A DNA stretch of 63,243 bases, the filler included, from Dugesia japonica (lineage: Eukaryota): NCBI GenBank assembly GCA_001938525.1. It is 6 parts of 6 records of this genome, joined end to end, with 100 filler letters (N's around TTAATTAATTAA, not from the genome) between each part and the next. Parts side by side here need not be neighbours in the genome. Positions count along the whole stretch, not along the records: positions 1 to 11,755 come from MQRL01648509.1; 5 more parts are not named here. One strand, 5' to 3'. The notes below the pieces were generated by a model. The model was given only the letters and a program-made list of their open reading frames with translations, made no database searches and had not been told where the DNA came from. Shown here in pieces: positions 1 through 11,755 of this stretch. How positions within the stretch are numbered: the stretch's first letter is position 1; the number at the start of each line of letters is the position of its first letter. A program made the position numbers and the translations under genes.

Positions 1-150
1 AAAATGTAAAATGTAAAATATCATATGAAAAATGTCATATGTCAAAATAAAAATACACGAAGTGACAAATAAAATGTCAAAATAAAAATACACAAAGTGT
101 CAAATAAAAATACACAAAATGTCAAATGTCAAATGTAAAATGTTTCATAT
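1..150. repeat. Imperfect short tandem repeats (AAATGTCA/AAATGTAA and AAATAAAAATACAC) upstream of pPolB
   Basis: AAATAAAAATACAC occurs three times and AAATGT(C/A)A many times in the first 150 nt. Confidence 0.7.
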
Positions 151-252
151 TAATTCTATAGAAACTACAAACATAATGAAATAATATTTAAGAGGAATAT
201 ATAAAATTTAAAGAGGAAAAAAACAATTATGAATAAATTATTCCTATAGAAA

Positions 253-3200
253 ATGAGTACTCAAATATTTAAATGTAATAATTGTCAAAAGAATTTTAAA
301 AATCTATCGGGGTTAAAAGCCCATGAAAGATCTAAAAAATGTAATACACCAATTGAACAATTTCAATGTCAAACATGTCGTAAAAAATTTAATTCTAAAA
401 ATAATTTAGATGAACATTTAAATGCAACAAAATGTGGAAATCGTGGAATTGTTTCATTATTCTGTGAAATATGTAACAAACGATTTTTAAGATAAAATCA
501 TGCAAGAACACATTACAATTCTGATAGACATAAAAAAATGTTACTTGATAAATCAAAAGTTAAAGAAGAAATTAATTTAAAAGAGGGAATTAGAGATATT
601 CTAAGTAAATATAAAAATTATGAAATTAAATATTTAAAAGGTGTAAAAGTAGAAATGAAATTAAATGTAGATGAAATATTTAATGAACCAATTAGAGATC
701 TTAACATATTTTATAAACAAGTAAAAGAAATTATTACTAAATATTTTAATTTCGCCAAACAGATAATTGTTAGTATGGGTGTTAAATGTAGATATGGAAA
801 ATCAATAAATAATGAATATGTTGAAAGAGATTTTACATCTTATTCAATCAATAAAAATGGTGTCAATGAAATATTTAATGAATTAGATAAATATATAGAA
901 GATAAAGATAGAGAGGGAAGTGGATGGTCAATGTCGCACATTATAGATTTTACATTAGATCTTTCTAAATATCAATCATTAGCAGGCGCGACTTATTGTA
1001 AATTGCCATTTAAAAAATCTGGTGTAATAAATATAGAAAATAAAGATGACAAATGTTTTCTATATTCAATTTTAGCCCACAAATATTTAAATTCTAACCC
1101 CACATATGTAAGTAATTACATTTCTCATTTATCAGATTTAAATTATAATGATTTTGAATTTCCAATGAAAATTAGTAATATAAGCAAATTTGAAAAATTA
1201 AATAATTATCAAATTAATGTGTTTAGTGTTAATGATAATAAGAAACTTGAACCACTGCACATTTCACATTATATAAGAAATCCTAATCAAGAAGAAAATA
1301 AATGTAACTTATTAGTATATAAAGATCACTATATTTTATGTAGAGATATAACAGTATTTTTTACATCAGCAAGTAGAAACACAAATTATCCATGCATCAG
1401 TTGTATGAATTGTTACTCAAGAGAAGCGGTATTAAATATACATCAAGATGCGTGTATTAGGCATAAACCTAATAACATTATTTTTGAATATAAAAATTAT
1501 TATTCATTTAATAAATTTTACCAGAAAAATAAAATTCCATTTATAATAATTGGTGATTTTGAAACATATACAAATTCTATTACTAAAAAACAAAAAGCTT
1601 TGTCTTTAGGTGTTTATTTAAAATCAGATTATCCACAATTATTAAAAAGCAAATATTATGAATTCTTGGGTGAAAATATTTATGATGAATTCTTTAAATT
1701 TTTAGAAGAAGTTAATAATGAATTAAATGAAATAAAAGATAACAAATTATTTAAAACATATTCAGGCACAAACCATCCAGAATATACATTTGACACTAAA
1801 TGTTATTATTGTAATAATTTAATATATGACACCCCAGTTAAGGATCATAACCATTTTAATGGTGAATTTAGAGGATGGGCATGTAATAAATGTAATGAAA
1901 ATGATCTATCAATTAAAAATTTATTTATTCCATTTTACTTTCATAACGCATCAGGTTATGATAATCATTTATTCTTTAGAGAACTAATGACTAAATTTCA
2001 AAGTAAAGTAAAAAAGATAATACCCCACAGTAGTGATAATTACATTTCATTTCAATTTAAAAATATAAAATTTTTAGATTCGGCTAGATTTTTACCTTTT
2101 ACATCTGTGGAAGTAATGGGTAAATTGTTAACTCAATCAAACAATTACCCAATATTAACATCATTTAATTTAAAACCTAAAAAGGCATTATTTCCCTATG
2201 AATATGTAAAAGGGGAAAATATTCAAGAAATAGAAGAATTATTAAAATCAAATCGAACACCAACTAGAAATGATTTCTTTAACACTTTAACTCAAAAAGA
2301 AATATCTAACAATGAACATGATGAATTTTTAATAGATTATTTAGATTATAAAAATATGTGGCAATACATGTTACACTACATGAAATTGGATGTATTAATA
2401 TTAACTGATTTTCTAGAAAACTTTAGAGACTCATGTATTAATAATATTTTAAAACTAGATCCGTGTTATTCATATTCAGCACCAGGTTATGCGTGGGAAA
2501 CTGGAATGCTAAATGTAAATGTTAAACTTAAATATGCCAAACCCGAAACTTATGATATTTTCTTAATGATTGAAGAAGGAATTAGAGGTGGATATTCTGG
2601 TGTGTGTGGCAAACGTCAAGTATTTTCACACAATAAAAATAAAGATCCGCATACTAGAGAAGTAAATAAAACACAGTTTGAAGATTTAATAAAAATTATA
2701 AATTCTGGTCAAATAATCTCTGATGAATATCTTGATGATATATTTGAAGACACATTTATAAAATATTTAGATGAAAATAGTTTATATGCCAGTTGTATGA
2801 CTAGACCATTACCAACTGGTGAACTTATTGAATGCTCTGGGTTGGGTCCCTCTGGGTTAGAATATGAAATGTCAAATGATAACATTAATTTTATTTATGA
2901 AGTCAATCTAGAATATCCACCAGAAATACATGATAGAACTAAATATTTCCCACTTGCACCAGAAAGAATTAATATTAGACCTTAGATGTTAACCAATTAC
3001 CAATTAAGTTTTAACAAGAAAATATTAAAAGATAATATTAAATTAACACTTAATCAATTAGACAAGAAAAATTATGTATGTCTAGGATCAACATTAGATT
3101 TATATTTAAAATTAAGAATGAAACTAAAAACAATTCATAAAAAAATTAAAATGCCAACATCTACATGGTTTAAAAATCATGTTCATAAATTAATTGCATT

Positions 3201-4053
3201 AAGAAAAGAATCTAAAAGAATAAATGACGTGTTTGGTGATTACATTTACAAATTAATGTTGAATGCGTTCTATGGTAAAACACTAGAAAATATCAGAAAT
3301 AGATGCAATGTTGAAATTGTAGATAATGAGAAAGATTATCAAAAGTTTGCAAGTAAAACGACTTTTAAATCAAGCAAAATTTTTACAATAAATGATTCTG
3401 ACGAAGCAGAAATTGCAGCAATGAATATTGAAAAAGGCAATTTAAAATATAACAAATTTCCATATATTGGATTCACAATACTTGAACAAGCCAAACAAGT
3501 AATGTATGATTTTATATACAATCAAATGGATCCATTAATTGGTAATGAGAATTATAAAATTCATTATTCAGACACGGATAGTATATTTGTTGAGATAAAA
3601 CATAAAGATAATTTAGAGTGATTACAAACTTTACTAGGTAATGAACTATTTCAGATGAAGGATGAATTACCCAATTCTGAAATAAATCAAGCCAATTTTA
3701 TAAAAGCAAAATCTTATGCTTATTCATATAGCGCAGCCCACACAGGACAAACGGGTTATGACTCTAGAAATAAAGGTGTTAAGAAAAATAATAAATTATT
3801 AATGCAAGATTTTGATAATGTATTAAAAGATCCAAATAAAATAATTAATGGGGTAAATTATTCTTTAAAATCAGAATTACACGAAATTGAATTAGTAGAA
3901 CAAAATAAAATAGCATTAATGGCATATGATGATAAGCGAATTATAGAAGATAATGGAACAACAACATGGTAACATGGAAATCAATATTATTGTGAAAAAT
4001 GTTACATGTGCCATTTAAGATTAGACAAAATAAACGGAACATTAAATTTTTAA
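253..4053 (+). pseudogene. Protein-primed family B DNA polymerase with N-terminal zinc fingers and an inserted EndoVII/HNH-like domain; 4 in-frame stops
   Basis: ORFs 253, 538, 2986 and 3655 share one frame, separated by TAA 493, TAG 2983, TGA 3619 and TAA 3970. Motifs: Exo GDFET, HNASGYD, YMKLDV; Pol YLDENSLY, KLMLNAFYGK, YSDTDS; C-terminal DDKR. CYYC..DHNH..GEFRGWACNKCN is EndoVII-like. Confidence 0.95.
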
Positions 4054-4062
4054 TATAGAAAA

Positions 4063-4639
4063 ATGACAGATAATCCAACAGAAGAAGAATTAGAAAAAAT
4101 AGTTAATTCTAAAAAATGTAAATCTGTAAAGATAAATGGTAAAAATTATTATATCTCTAAGAAAGTTAAAGATGAATTAAAAAAACAAAAACAAAGTAAA
4201 GAAGGTGGATTTGCATTTCTAGCTGCAATACCAGCAATAATTGGTGCGTTAGCAGGAACTGCTGGAATTGCATCTGGTATTGCATCTACTGTAGCCAGTT
4301 CAAAAGAAGCAATTAAACATCAAAAAGAGATCGCAAAGCTAGACTCTGTACAAAAAGCCCAAAACACAAACAACAGAAAGCACAACATTTGGTAGTGGTT
4401 TATATCTTAATCCATATAATGGTAATGGATTATATCTAAATCCATATCAAGGAAACGTAATACATAAATATTTTAAAAATATTAATTCTAACATGAAAGA
4501 TGTAACAAAAAACTTTAAAGATGGAATACAAATAATTAAAAATGGAAATGGTTTATATTTAGCACCATGGAAAAATGGCGAAGCCCAAAATGGGCAAGGC
4601 ATTTATTTAAATCCTTATAGAGTGAAACATGAATACTGA
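4063..4639 (+). pseudogene. Adenovirus pX-like virion core protein with GxG(L/I)YLxP repeats; frameshift near 4385
   Basis: KEGGFAFLAAIPAIIGALAGTAGIAS resembles the adenoviral pX hydrophobic tail. The shifted frame reads FGSGLYLNPYNGNGLYLNPYQG...NGNGLYLAPW...NGQGIYLNPY. A homolog lies at 46236-46797. Confidence 0.75.
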
Positions 4640-5602
4640 ACAAGTTAATGAAAGAATTAAAGAATTAAAAGCATTAATTAAAGCTCAACAAAATTATAAT
4701 GATTTTTTCTGTGGTAATGTTATTGAATCTAGAGAATTACAAAATAATTTATCCACTTTATAACAACCAACAATAAAAGCAATTGAAAAAAGTAAACCAT
4801 TAAAAGAAGAACCAAAAATAATAGATGATGAAATAATAGAATAACCAACAATAGATTTATTCACTAAAGATGTAATTACTAACATGTTAATATCTAAAAC
4901 TGTATTTCCATTTTCACCAAGTAATTTAACAGTTAATAATGAAGTTCTATCACCAACAATAATTCCTATAATTGATATGGTAATTTTAAAACCAGATAAT
5001 AAAAAAAAAGATTATTTTATGATAAAACAAACGTTGCAATATTTTTCTATTCAACTAAAGGTGTAAAACATTTAGCAATAAATAATACAATTTATGAAGA
5101 TGAATATGAAGATGAATTTGTTGATGAAATGATGGGTAATTTTAGTACTTCTTCTAAACTAAATAATCCTATAAAAAGGTTTATAGCTAAATATTTAACA
5201 GAAATAATAAAACCACCCGGGAGACATACTTATTGTCAATATTTAAAATCAATAATTGATTTAAATTTTAAATCAAAAAGTAGACAAACAAGTAAAATTG
5301 ATCCAGAAGATGTTAGTCTTGCTTTAGAAAAAGAAAAAGAAAGCACAAAGAAAGAGGGTGAAAGCACTACGCCGGCCTCCGGACAAGCTCTTAAGTACGA
5401 AGTCCATAAAGGACAAAATCTTAAATTAAATCCTCTAGCATTATTTGAAAAATTAACATTATTAGTTTCAGCTGTAAAATCTGGACATGATAATCTTAAT
5501 GAAGATATTAAAAAAGTATGTAAAAAATTAAAGATGATTGGTTTAATATCTAACATGATTTATGATAAATATAAAACTAAATATTTTTCATCTAAGAAAT
5601 GA
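4629..5602 (+). pseudogene. Conserved Polinton-associated protein of unknown function
   Basis: ATG 4629 is in frame with ORF 4884 (TAA at 4761 and 4842), then a poly-A frameshift near 5005 leads into ORF 5129. The C-terminus NPLALFEKLTLLVSAVKSGH...IGLI resembles the PxxLxxRLxLL..AGN motif I recall from Polinton ORFs. Confidence 0.6.
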
Positions 5603-6279
5603 GTCATCAATTCTTAGTTGTTGGTAAAGAACAAGATTTAGTAATGGATTTGAAATATCCTATAGAATTAGATTCTGAGTATGAACTTGGATTATTATGT
5701 TTTAGTGTTTACAATGTTATTTTTAATGTAACAAAATTAAATAATAAATTTACTATTGATAGTAAAGAATATACACTTGAACCTGGATCATATGAAGTTA
5801 AAGAAATATCAGAAAAATTAATAAAAAAATATGGAATAGAAGTTACACCCGATATATCAACTGCTAAATGTATCATGAATACAAAAAAGATATTAACTTT
5901 TGATGATAAATCTTTCTTACATAAAATCTTAGGTTTCTCTGTTAAAACTTATCAACCTGGTGAATACTTATCAGATAATAAAGTTGACATTTCAAATATT
6001 AATACAATAAATTTAACATGTAACATTGTTTAAGGTAATTATGTAAAATCTGAAACGGGTGAAACAGAACAAATGAATTTATTACATTCATTTCCAATTA
6101 ACTCAGTTCCATTTGGTTAAAAAATTTTAGAAAGACCATCAACAACAATTTATTCTAAAATTAATACAAATTACATTTCAAGATTAAAATTTAATGTTGT
6201 AGATGAACATTTTAACACTATAGATTTTAGCCAAGAACTAATTACAGTTTTAGTTCATCTACGTAAATATCGATTATAA
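5599..6279 (+). pseudogene. Minor capsid (penton, single jelly-roll) protein; 2 in-frame stops
   Basis: PIELDSEYELGL..FSVYN..FNV..NNKF, PGSYE, ILGF, CNIV*GNY, PFG*KILERP, VVDEHFNTIDF..ELITVLVHLR. TAA at 6031 and 6118. Confidence 0.85.
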
Positions 6280-6286
6280 GAAATAG

Positions 6287-6745
6287 ATGTCAGATTATAA
6301 CTTATTAGATTTCTTAAAAACATTTGGTAATAATACAACTACAAATTTTGATTTATATTCAATTGCAAACTTTTTAGATCTGGATTTAGAAATTTATATG
6401 AAGAATGAGATCCAGGAGCTTGCGACTGGTAAGGATTATATTTTTAATTATCAAAATTCAAATCAAAATGGAATACATTGGACCGCCCGTAAAGGCGCCT
6501 ATTATTTTGATTCTTTTGGTTTAAAACCTTTAGATTAAATTGAACCACATGTAAAAGTTTATAATGAAATTCAAGTGCAACATTTTGGAACTAAAATATG
6601 TGGTGTATTATGTATTTACTTTTTATATAAGATGGAGTGTAACGACAAAGATAAAACATTTGACATGATAATATCCGAAATGAAAGATTTATATGATAAA
6701 TTAGATATAAGAAAAGAGCGTGCGCAAAACCATAAAGGAGAATAA
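6287..6745 (+). pseudogene. Adenain-like cysteine maturation protease; 1 in-frame stop
   Basis: GIHWTA, YFDSFG, then past TAA 6536 QVQHFGTKICGVLC, giving the His-Asp-Gln-Cys pattern. Confidence 0.9.
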
Positions 6746-9672
6746 TGAATAAGTTTGGTGAAAGTATTCATGGTGTTAATACAACACAAATATAAAAAAC
6801 TATAGATGCTAAAATTAAAATATCAGATGCACAAAATGAAAGTAAATTTGTAAGTGAAACAGGTGACACAATAACAACTTTAAAAATAACAGAAGATCCA
6901 AAAGATCTCTCAGATGCGGTTAATTTAAAGTATATTAAAGAGTTAGAAAATAAATTACAAAGTCATGAATTTTTACTAAAGTTTTAAAGATTGATAAATT
7001 TACAATTAGTAAAACATATTTACAATTAAAGCCGATGAATTAAACAAATTAAATAATATTGATTTCTCTAAAGAACTTAATACTATAAATGATAAAATTA
7101 AAAATTTAACAAAGAACTGTAATTAGGATACATTTGGTAATATTGATTCTGATATTAAAAGAATAAATCAAATACTTTTCCCATTTAAAAGAATTGATTT
7201 AAGTTCTAATTTAAAAAAATTAAGTGATCGTGATTTATCTGGAGAACAACGTGGTGATTTAAGTAAGAAAATTAAAAAAGATATTTTAATGTTAGATAAT
7301 AAAATTATGAAATTACCTCTTGATTTGGATAAGAAAGCATTTGACCAATATTTAAATAATATTAATGTTATTAAATTAAATATAGAAGATTTTAGATCTA
7401 AAATCAATAAAATACTTAATGAAATTAAACCAATAAAATTAAGACAACGTAAAATTTTTGATGATAGAATTAATGTTTTATTTGAAACTTATAAAGAAAC
7501 ACTTTTGGATTTATCACTTAAAAGTTTAAAAGAAATAATTGATAATTACTTACCTTATGTTTTTATAAAAATCAACAAAATAATATTTCCAATTACATGT
7601 TATGAAAAACATGAAACACTTCCTCAATTTAGTGTTATGAGTAAATATGTTCACAATTTAGATTTTAAAAGAAAAGGTATAATGAAACTTGTGTCAAATA
7701 TTCAATATTTTTATCTTGAAGAATCTTTAACTATTATTTTACACACAAAGATAAATGAAAAAATTAGTATAGGTATAATTGGTTATTGTGATATTGAAAA
7801 TATTTTTTATACTATTAAAATTAACCAATTATACTATAGATTTATATATGTAAAATCACAAAGTAATTATATTGATATTTTTAGAGAAAGCACTGAAATT
7901 AATGAAGATGTAAATATAAATTTTATTGAGATAAATTTACCACAAGGAATTTATTTACAGGATTTAAGTGTTAGATTATTTAAAATAGAAATTGTTGATA
8001 GATTAAATAAAGAATTTAAAAGAATAAAACCAAATCTTCACAAAATTCATGTTGATAAAATTAATGTTTTATTTAAAAATAATAATATTAAAAGTTCAAA
8101 AGAAATAATTTATAATTACTTACCTTATGTTTTTATACCAAGTAATAATTCAATATTAACAAGTAACTGTTATCAAATTATTCCGCAATTTCATATAAAT
8201 GATCAAGTAAAGAATATAGATTTTAAAAGAAAAGGAAGAATGATAAATCAAAAGGGTTTTTATCTTGATGAATCTTTTTCTGTTAAATTAGATGTTAACA
8301 TTAATGAAAAACTTTGTATATTTATAGAAGGTATATGTGAAAAGCGATTTATTTACATTATTAAAATTAATAATATAGCAATAGCAACAGAATATTATTT
8401 TACACCTGAAACCGAAAAAATAGTAATTTATCGTGAAAGTACTGATATAATAAAGATGTAAAAATAAATTATATAGAAATAATTTTACCATAAAAAATTT
8501 ATTTAAATCATTTAATTATTAAAACATATAATTTTAAAATTTATGAAGAATTAAGTAAAGAATATAAAAGAATAAAACCAACCCTACATAAAATTTATAT
8601 TGATAAATTTAATATTTTTTCTAAAACTTATAACACTAAAAATATAAAACATTTAATTGATAATTACTTGCCATATTCAAATACATCCTCCAGACAAATA
8701 TTATTTTCAATAATTCTTATGAAAAAAATGATAATCTTCCTTATTTCACTGTTATAGAGAAATATGTATATGATTTTGATTTTATGAGAAAAGGTGGAAT
8801 TAAACATACAACATTTAATGATCATTATTTTAATATTAAAGAATCTTTAATTATTTCTTTACATACAAAATTAANTAGAAAAGTTAGTATAAGTATAGAT
8901 GGTTTTTGTGAAGTTCCAAAATTTAATTATATTATTAAATTTAATAAAATTGCAGTATCATTTTTATATGTTAAACCTAATGATAATCTTGTTAACATTT
9001 ATCGCAAGTGATGAAATTATGAAAGATAATAATATAAACTTTATACAATTAATTTTCCAAAAAGGAATTTATTTAATGAATTTTAATGTTAAATTTCTTG
9101 TGGATAAATTTCCTGAATTATTAACAAAAGAATATGAAAAAATAAAACCAGAACTTCATAATATTCAAATAAAAAGAATTGATCTTTTAATAAAAGAATA
9201 TCTTGAAATTGGTGATGAGTTAACATTAAAAAGTATAAAAGAAATAATTGATAATCACATACCATTAGACACAGCGTATTATGAAAATCCTGATTTGTTC
9301 TGTTTTGGGGTGGTTTTCAGAGAACAACTAAAACCTTTTTATCGTATTAATGAAAAAGTAGAAAGAATAGATTTTAAAATAAAAGGAAAAACATTAAATT
9401 TAAATAAAATGCCACATTATTATATTGAAGAGTTGTTTGTTATATCTCTAAAGACAATTTCTACTTTAAATAGTTTTAAATATGATGTGGTGGGTTATAC
9501 CGAACTTAATAAATTTACTTATACTATTAAAATAAATAATATTCCTAAATCATATATTCAAGAAGTATTTAAAAATAATTTTTTTATTGAAATAAAGTTT
9601 AATGAAAATATTAACTTTATAGAAATAACTTTACCTAGAGGAATTTATTTAACGAATATTTTTCTTAAATAA
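6745..9672 (+). pseudogene. Large putative fibre/receptor-binding protein: stalk-like N-terminus, coiled coil and four tandem domains of about 185 aa; several stops and frameshifts
   Basis: N-terminus MNKFG...FVSETGDTIT...DPKDLSDAVNLKYI resembles fibre/stalk motifs. The repeat unit IKP..H.I..D.IN.L...IIDNYLP...DFKRKG...Y.IKIN...NINFIEI.LP.GIYL starts at about 7424, 8024, 8572 and 9142. Confidence 0.65.
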
Positions 9673-9673
9673 A

Positions 9674-10291
9674 ATGGGGAAAATATATCCTAGTTTGTCT
9701 GAAGACTATACAAATTGTCCGGAGTCCAACTTTACTATTTTAGATTTAAAAAATAAACTGTCAATGTCAAGAATTAGAGATTTTGAAAATGACTTATACT
9801 TTATAAAAGATAAAATTAGACATTATAAGAAAATACATAAAAGATGGAACAGAATAGATTCAGGTATAAAATATACACAAATAGGTGTTAGGGCTATAAT
9901 TGGAATTGGTGGTGTTATATTAATTACTCCAATTGGAATTGCACTTGCTACAATTGGTATACCAATAATTACTGGTGCAATTTCCATGTTACCTGTAATT
10001 GGAACATTAAACACTTCACTTATTAAATCGAGAAAAGAAAAATATGAAAAGTTAATAATTAAGCTTGAGGCCGTTAAAAATAAATTATTTCTATTTTAAC
10101 AGAAAGCAGTACATGAGGAAATATTAACTGATGATCAATTATTAATTTTTAAAAATATGATAAATGAAGTTCATGAATTAATATCTGGACATAAACATGC
10201 AAGCGAAGCGACCCACCGTGAAAGTTTAAAAATGTTAGTTGAAAATCAAACTAAAGTTATAAATGAAATGAAAATAAAGCTAGGAATATAA
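9674..10291 (+). pseudogene. Two-TM membrane protein; 1 in-frame stop
   Basis: IYPSL N-terminus, basic helix and a long Gly/Ile-rich hydrophobic hairpin. The frame continues past TAA 10097 (QKAVHEEILTDDQL...) to 10291. A homolog lies at 44157-44310. Confidence 0.7.
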
Positions 10292-10343
10292 AATGTAAAA
10301 TATAAATTTGACACACACGCGTCTCAAATTTTATACTTAAGAA

Positions 10344-11141
10344 ATGGAAGATGTAATAAGTAAAATTGAACAAGTAATACCTAAAATTAAAAATGGTGAA
10401 AAGTTAAAAAAAGAATTAAAAGGTTTAATAATAACACTTGATAATTTAATTAGTTCTGAATCAGAAGATGAAATATTTATTGAAGAAGAATATATTGAAA
10501 TGAAACATGAACAAGATGAAACTGATAATGAAATAGAATCAATTGTATCTGAATCTGAATCTGAAGGCGCTGAGCTGGACTCCGTACAATCTGAATCTGA
10601 ATGTCCAGAGGTTGGTGAAGCGCAAAATCAAATAGTTAGATTTAACATTCAAGAATCAGATAATTTAGTAATTATTACTAATCCTGATAATTTATCAGTA
10701 TTAAAAAGAAATACATTTAAAGAATTACCAGATTTAGAAGAATTTGATCCACCTAAATTTTATATGAAAATTAATCCAAAAGCAACACGAACTATTCAAA
10801 TGGCAAGTGGACAAATTAAAGATGTAGAAAATAAACAATTAGTTAATAGGCAACTGATATTACCATTACCAATTGCTAAAAATGAAAAAGATACAATAAA
10901 AAGAACAATAAAAGATGGAAAAACAATAAGAGCAAAATATTATCCAACAGATAATGAAGATGATGTTAAAATGGCAATAAATAAACCAACTACTTTTAGA
11001 ATGGAACTTTATAATTCATTTAATAGCAACAAAAGATTTAAAGTTCCATTAAAAGATATTAAAATAGAAGAATTTAGAGAAAATTGTGCAGTATTATCAA
11101 CAGAAAGTCCAACTGAATTATTACATGAATATAAGAGATGA
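10344..11141 (+). CDS. Hypothetical element-encoded protein with an acidic Ser/Glu tract
   Basis: Uninterrupted 265-codon ORF in the Polinton array, with an ATGA overlap to the next gene. No motif recognised. Confidence 0.7.
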   Translation: MEDVISKIEQVIPKIKNGEKLKKELKGLIITLDNLISSESEDEIFIEEEYIEMKHEQDETDNEIESIVSESESEGAELDSVQSESECPEVGEAQNQIVRFNIQESDNLVIITNPDNLSVLKRNTFKELPDLEEFDPPKFYMKINPKATRTIQMASGQIKDVENKQLVNRQLILPLPIAKNEKDTIKRTIKDGKTIRAKYYPTDNEDDVKMAINKPTTFRMELYNSFNSNKRFKVPLKDIKIEEFRENCAVLSTESPTELLHEYKR

Positions 11142-11495
11142 ATAATCAATTAGTAATGTTTAAACGTGGAACATTATATTCATATGCTATGTTAGGTGCA
11201 ATATTATACACTTTAAAATTAAGATTTAAAAGTGAAAATAAGAAAAAACATTATAATGATTTTTTAGATTATATAGCAGGATGTGGATATGCTCATACAA
11301 TGAGTTACATTAATAGATAAATTAGATTTGCTAAGATAGTAAGAAACGTGGCCGGGTATTATTGAAAGTAATTTATCATTTAGAAAGATTCAAGAACATT
11401 TTAATGATATTGAAGATATAATAGCTTCTGAACATCAAATAATGTTTGATATAAATAATCGAATAGAAGCACGAAGACAAATCACCCAAAAGTAA
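11138..11495 (+). pseudogene. Hypothetical small element-encoded protein, disrupted
   Basis: ORF 11138-11320 continues past its TAA and a frameshift as WPGIIESNLSFRKIQEHFNDIE..., ending at TAA 11495. Confidence 0.45.
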
Positions 11496-11566
11496 ATTAC
11501 CTAAGGGGGACCCATCTAAATTTCATCAATTAAATGTAACACCCAAAGTGACCCACCTAAATTTCA

Positions 11567-11755
11567 TCAGTCAAACAAATCATCTAACATCTCATCTGAT
11601 TCTTTATTTAAGTAAAAATAATTATATTTAACTTTCCAGTGGAGATTTACTTCATAATCATATTCCAACTTGTTAGTAAAAATATCAGTTTTATTTAACT
11701 TGAAAAAAATATAACAATTAGAATTATTTCTGATAGAGTTTTTATCTAAATGGTA
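11567..11755 (-). pseudogene. C-terminal fragment of the A32/FtsK-type packaging ATPase of element A, cut by the gap
   Basis: The minus strand reads YHLDKNSIRNNSNCYIFFKLNKT..EYDYEVNLHWKVKYNYFYL, which aligns with 46863-47099 (DKNSIRKNSYCFIFFKLNKT..EYNYNVNLRWKTKYNYYYL). Confidence 0.85.

Larger units (their letters stand above)
1..11755 (+). mobile_element. Polinton/Maverick (adintovirus-like) endogenous element A, partial and decayed
   Basis: Compact intronless array of pPolB, pX-like, penton, adenain and fibre-like genes on +, with the packaging ATPase 3' end converging on -. Cut by the window start and the contig gap. Confidence 0.95.

Noticed and set aside
1-150. CRISPR-like array
   Set aside because: The repeats are short and irregular with no unique spacers, there are no cas genes, and the context is eukaryotic.
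3339-10014. Minus-strand ORFs 3339, 4694, 5236, 7168, 8288 and 9823
   Set aside because: They are antisense shadows of the plus-strand Polinton genes and have no motifs.
253-10291. Stop-codon reassignment or programmed read-through in element A (PolB has 4 in-frame stops and no frameshift; several TAA fall at likely Tyr positions)
   Set aside because: All three stop types occur, TAA also ends genes normally, the implied residues differ between sites, and neighbouring genes have frameshifts. Neutral AT-biased decay explains the pattern.
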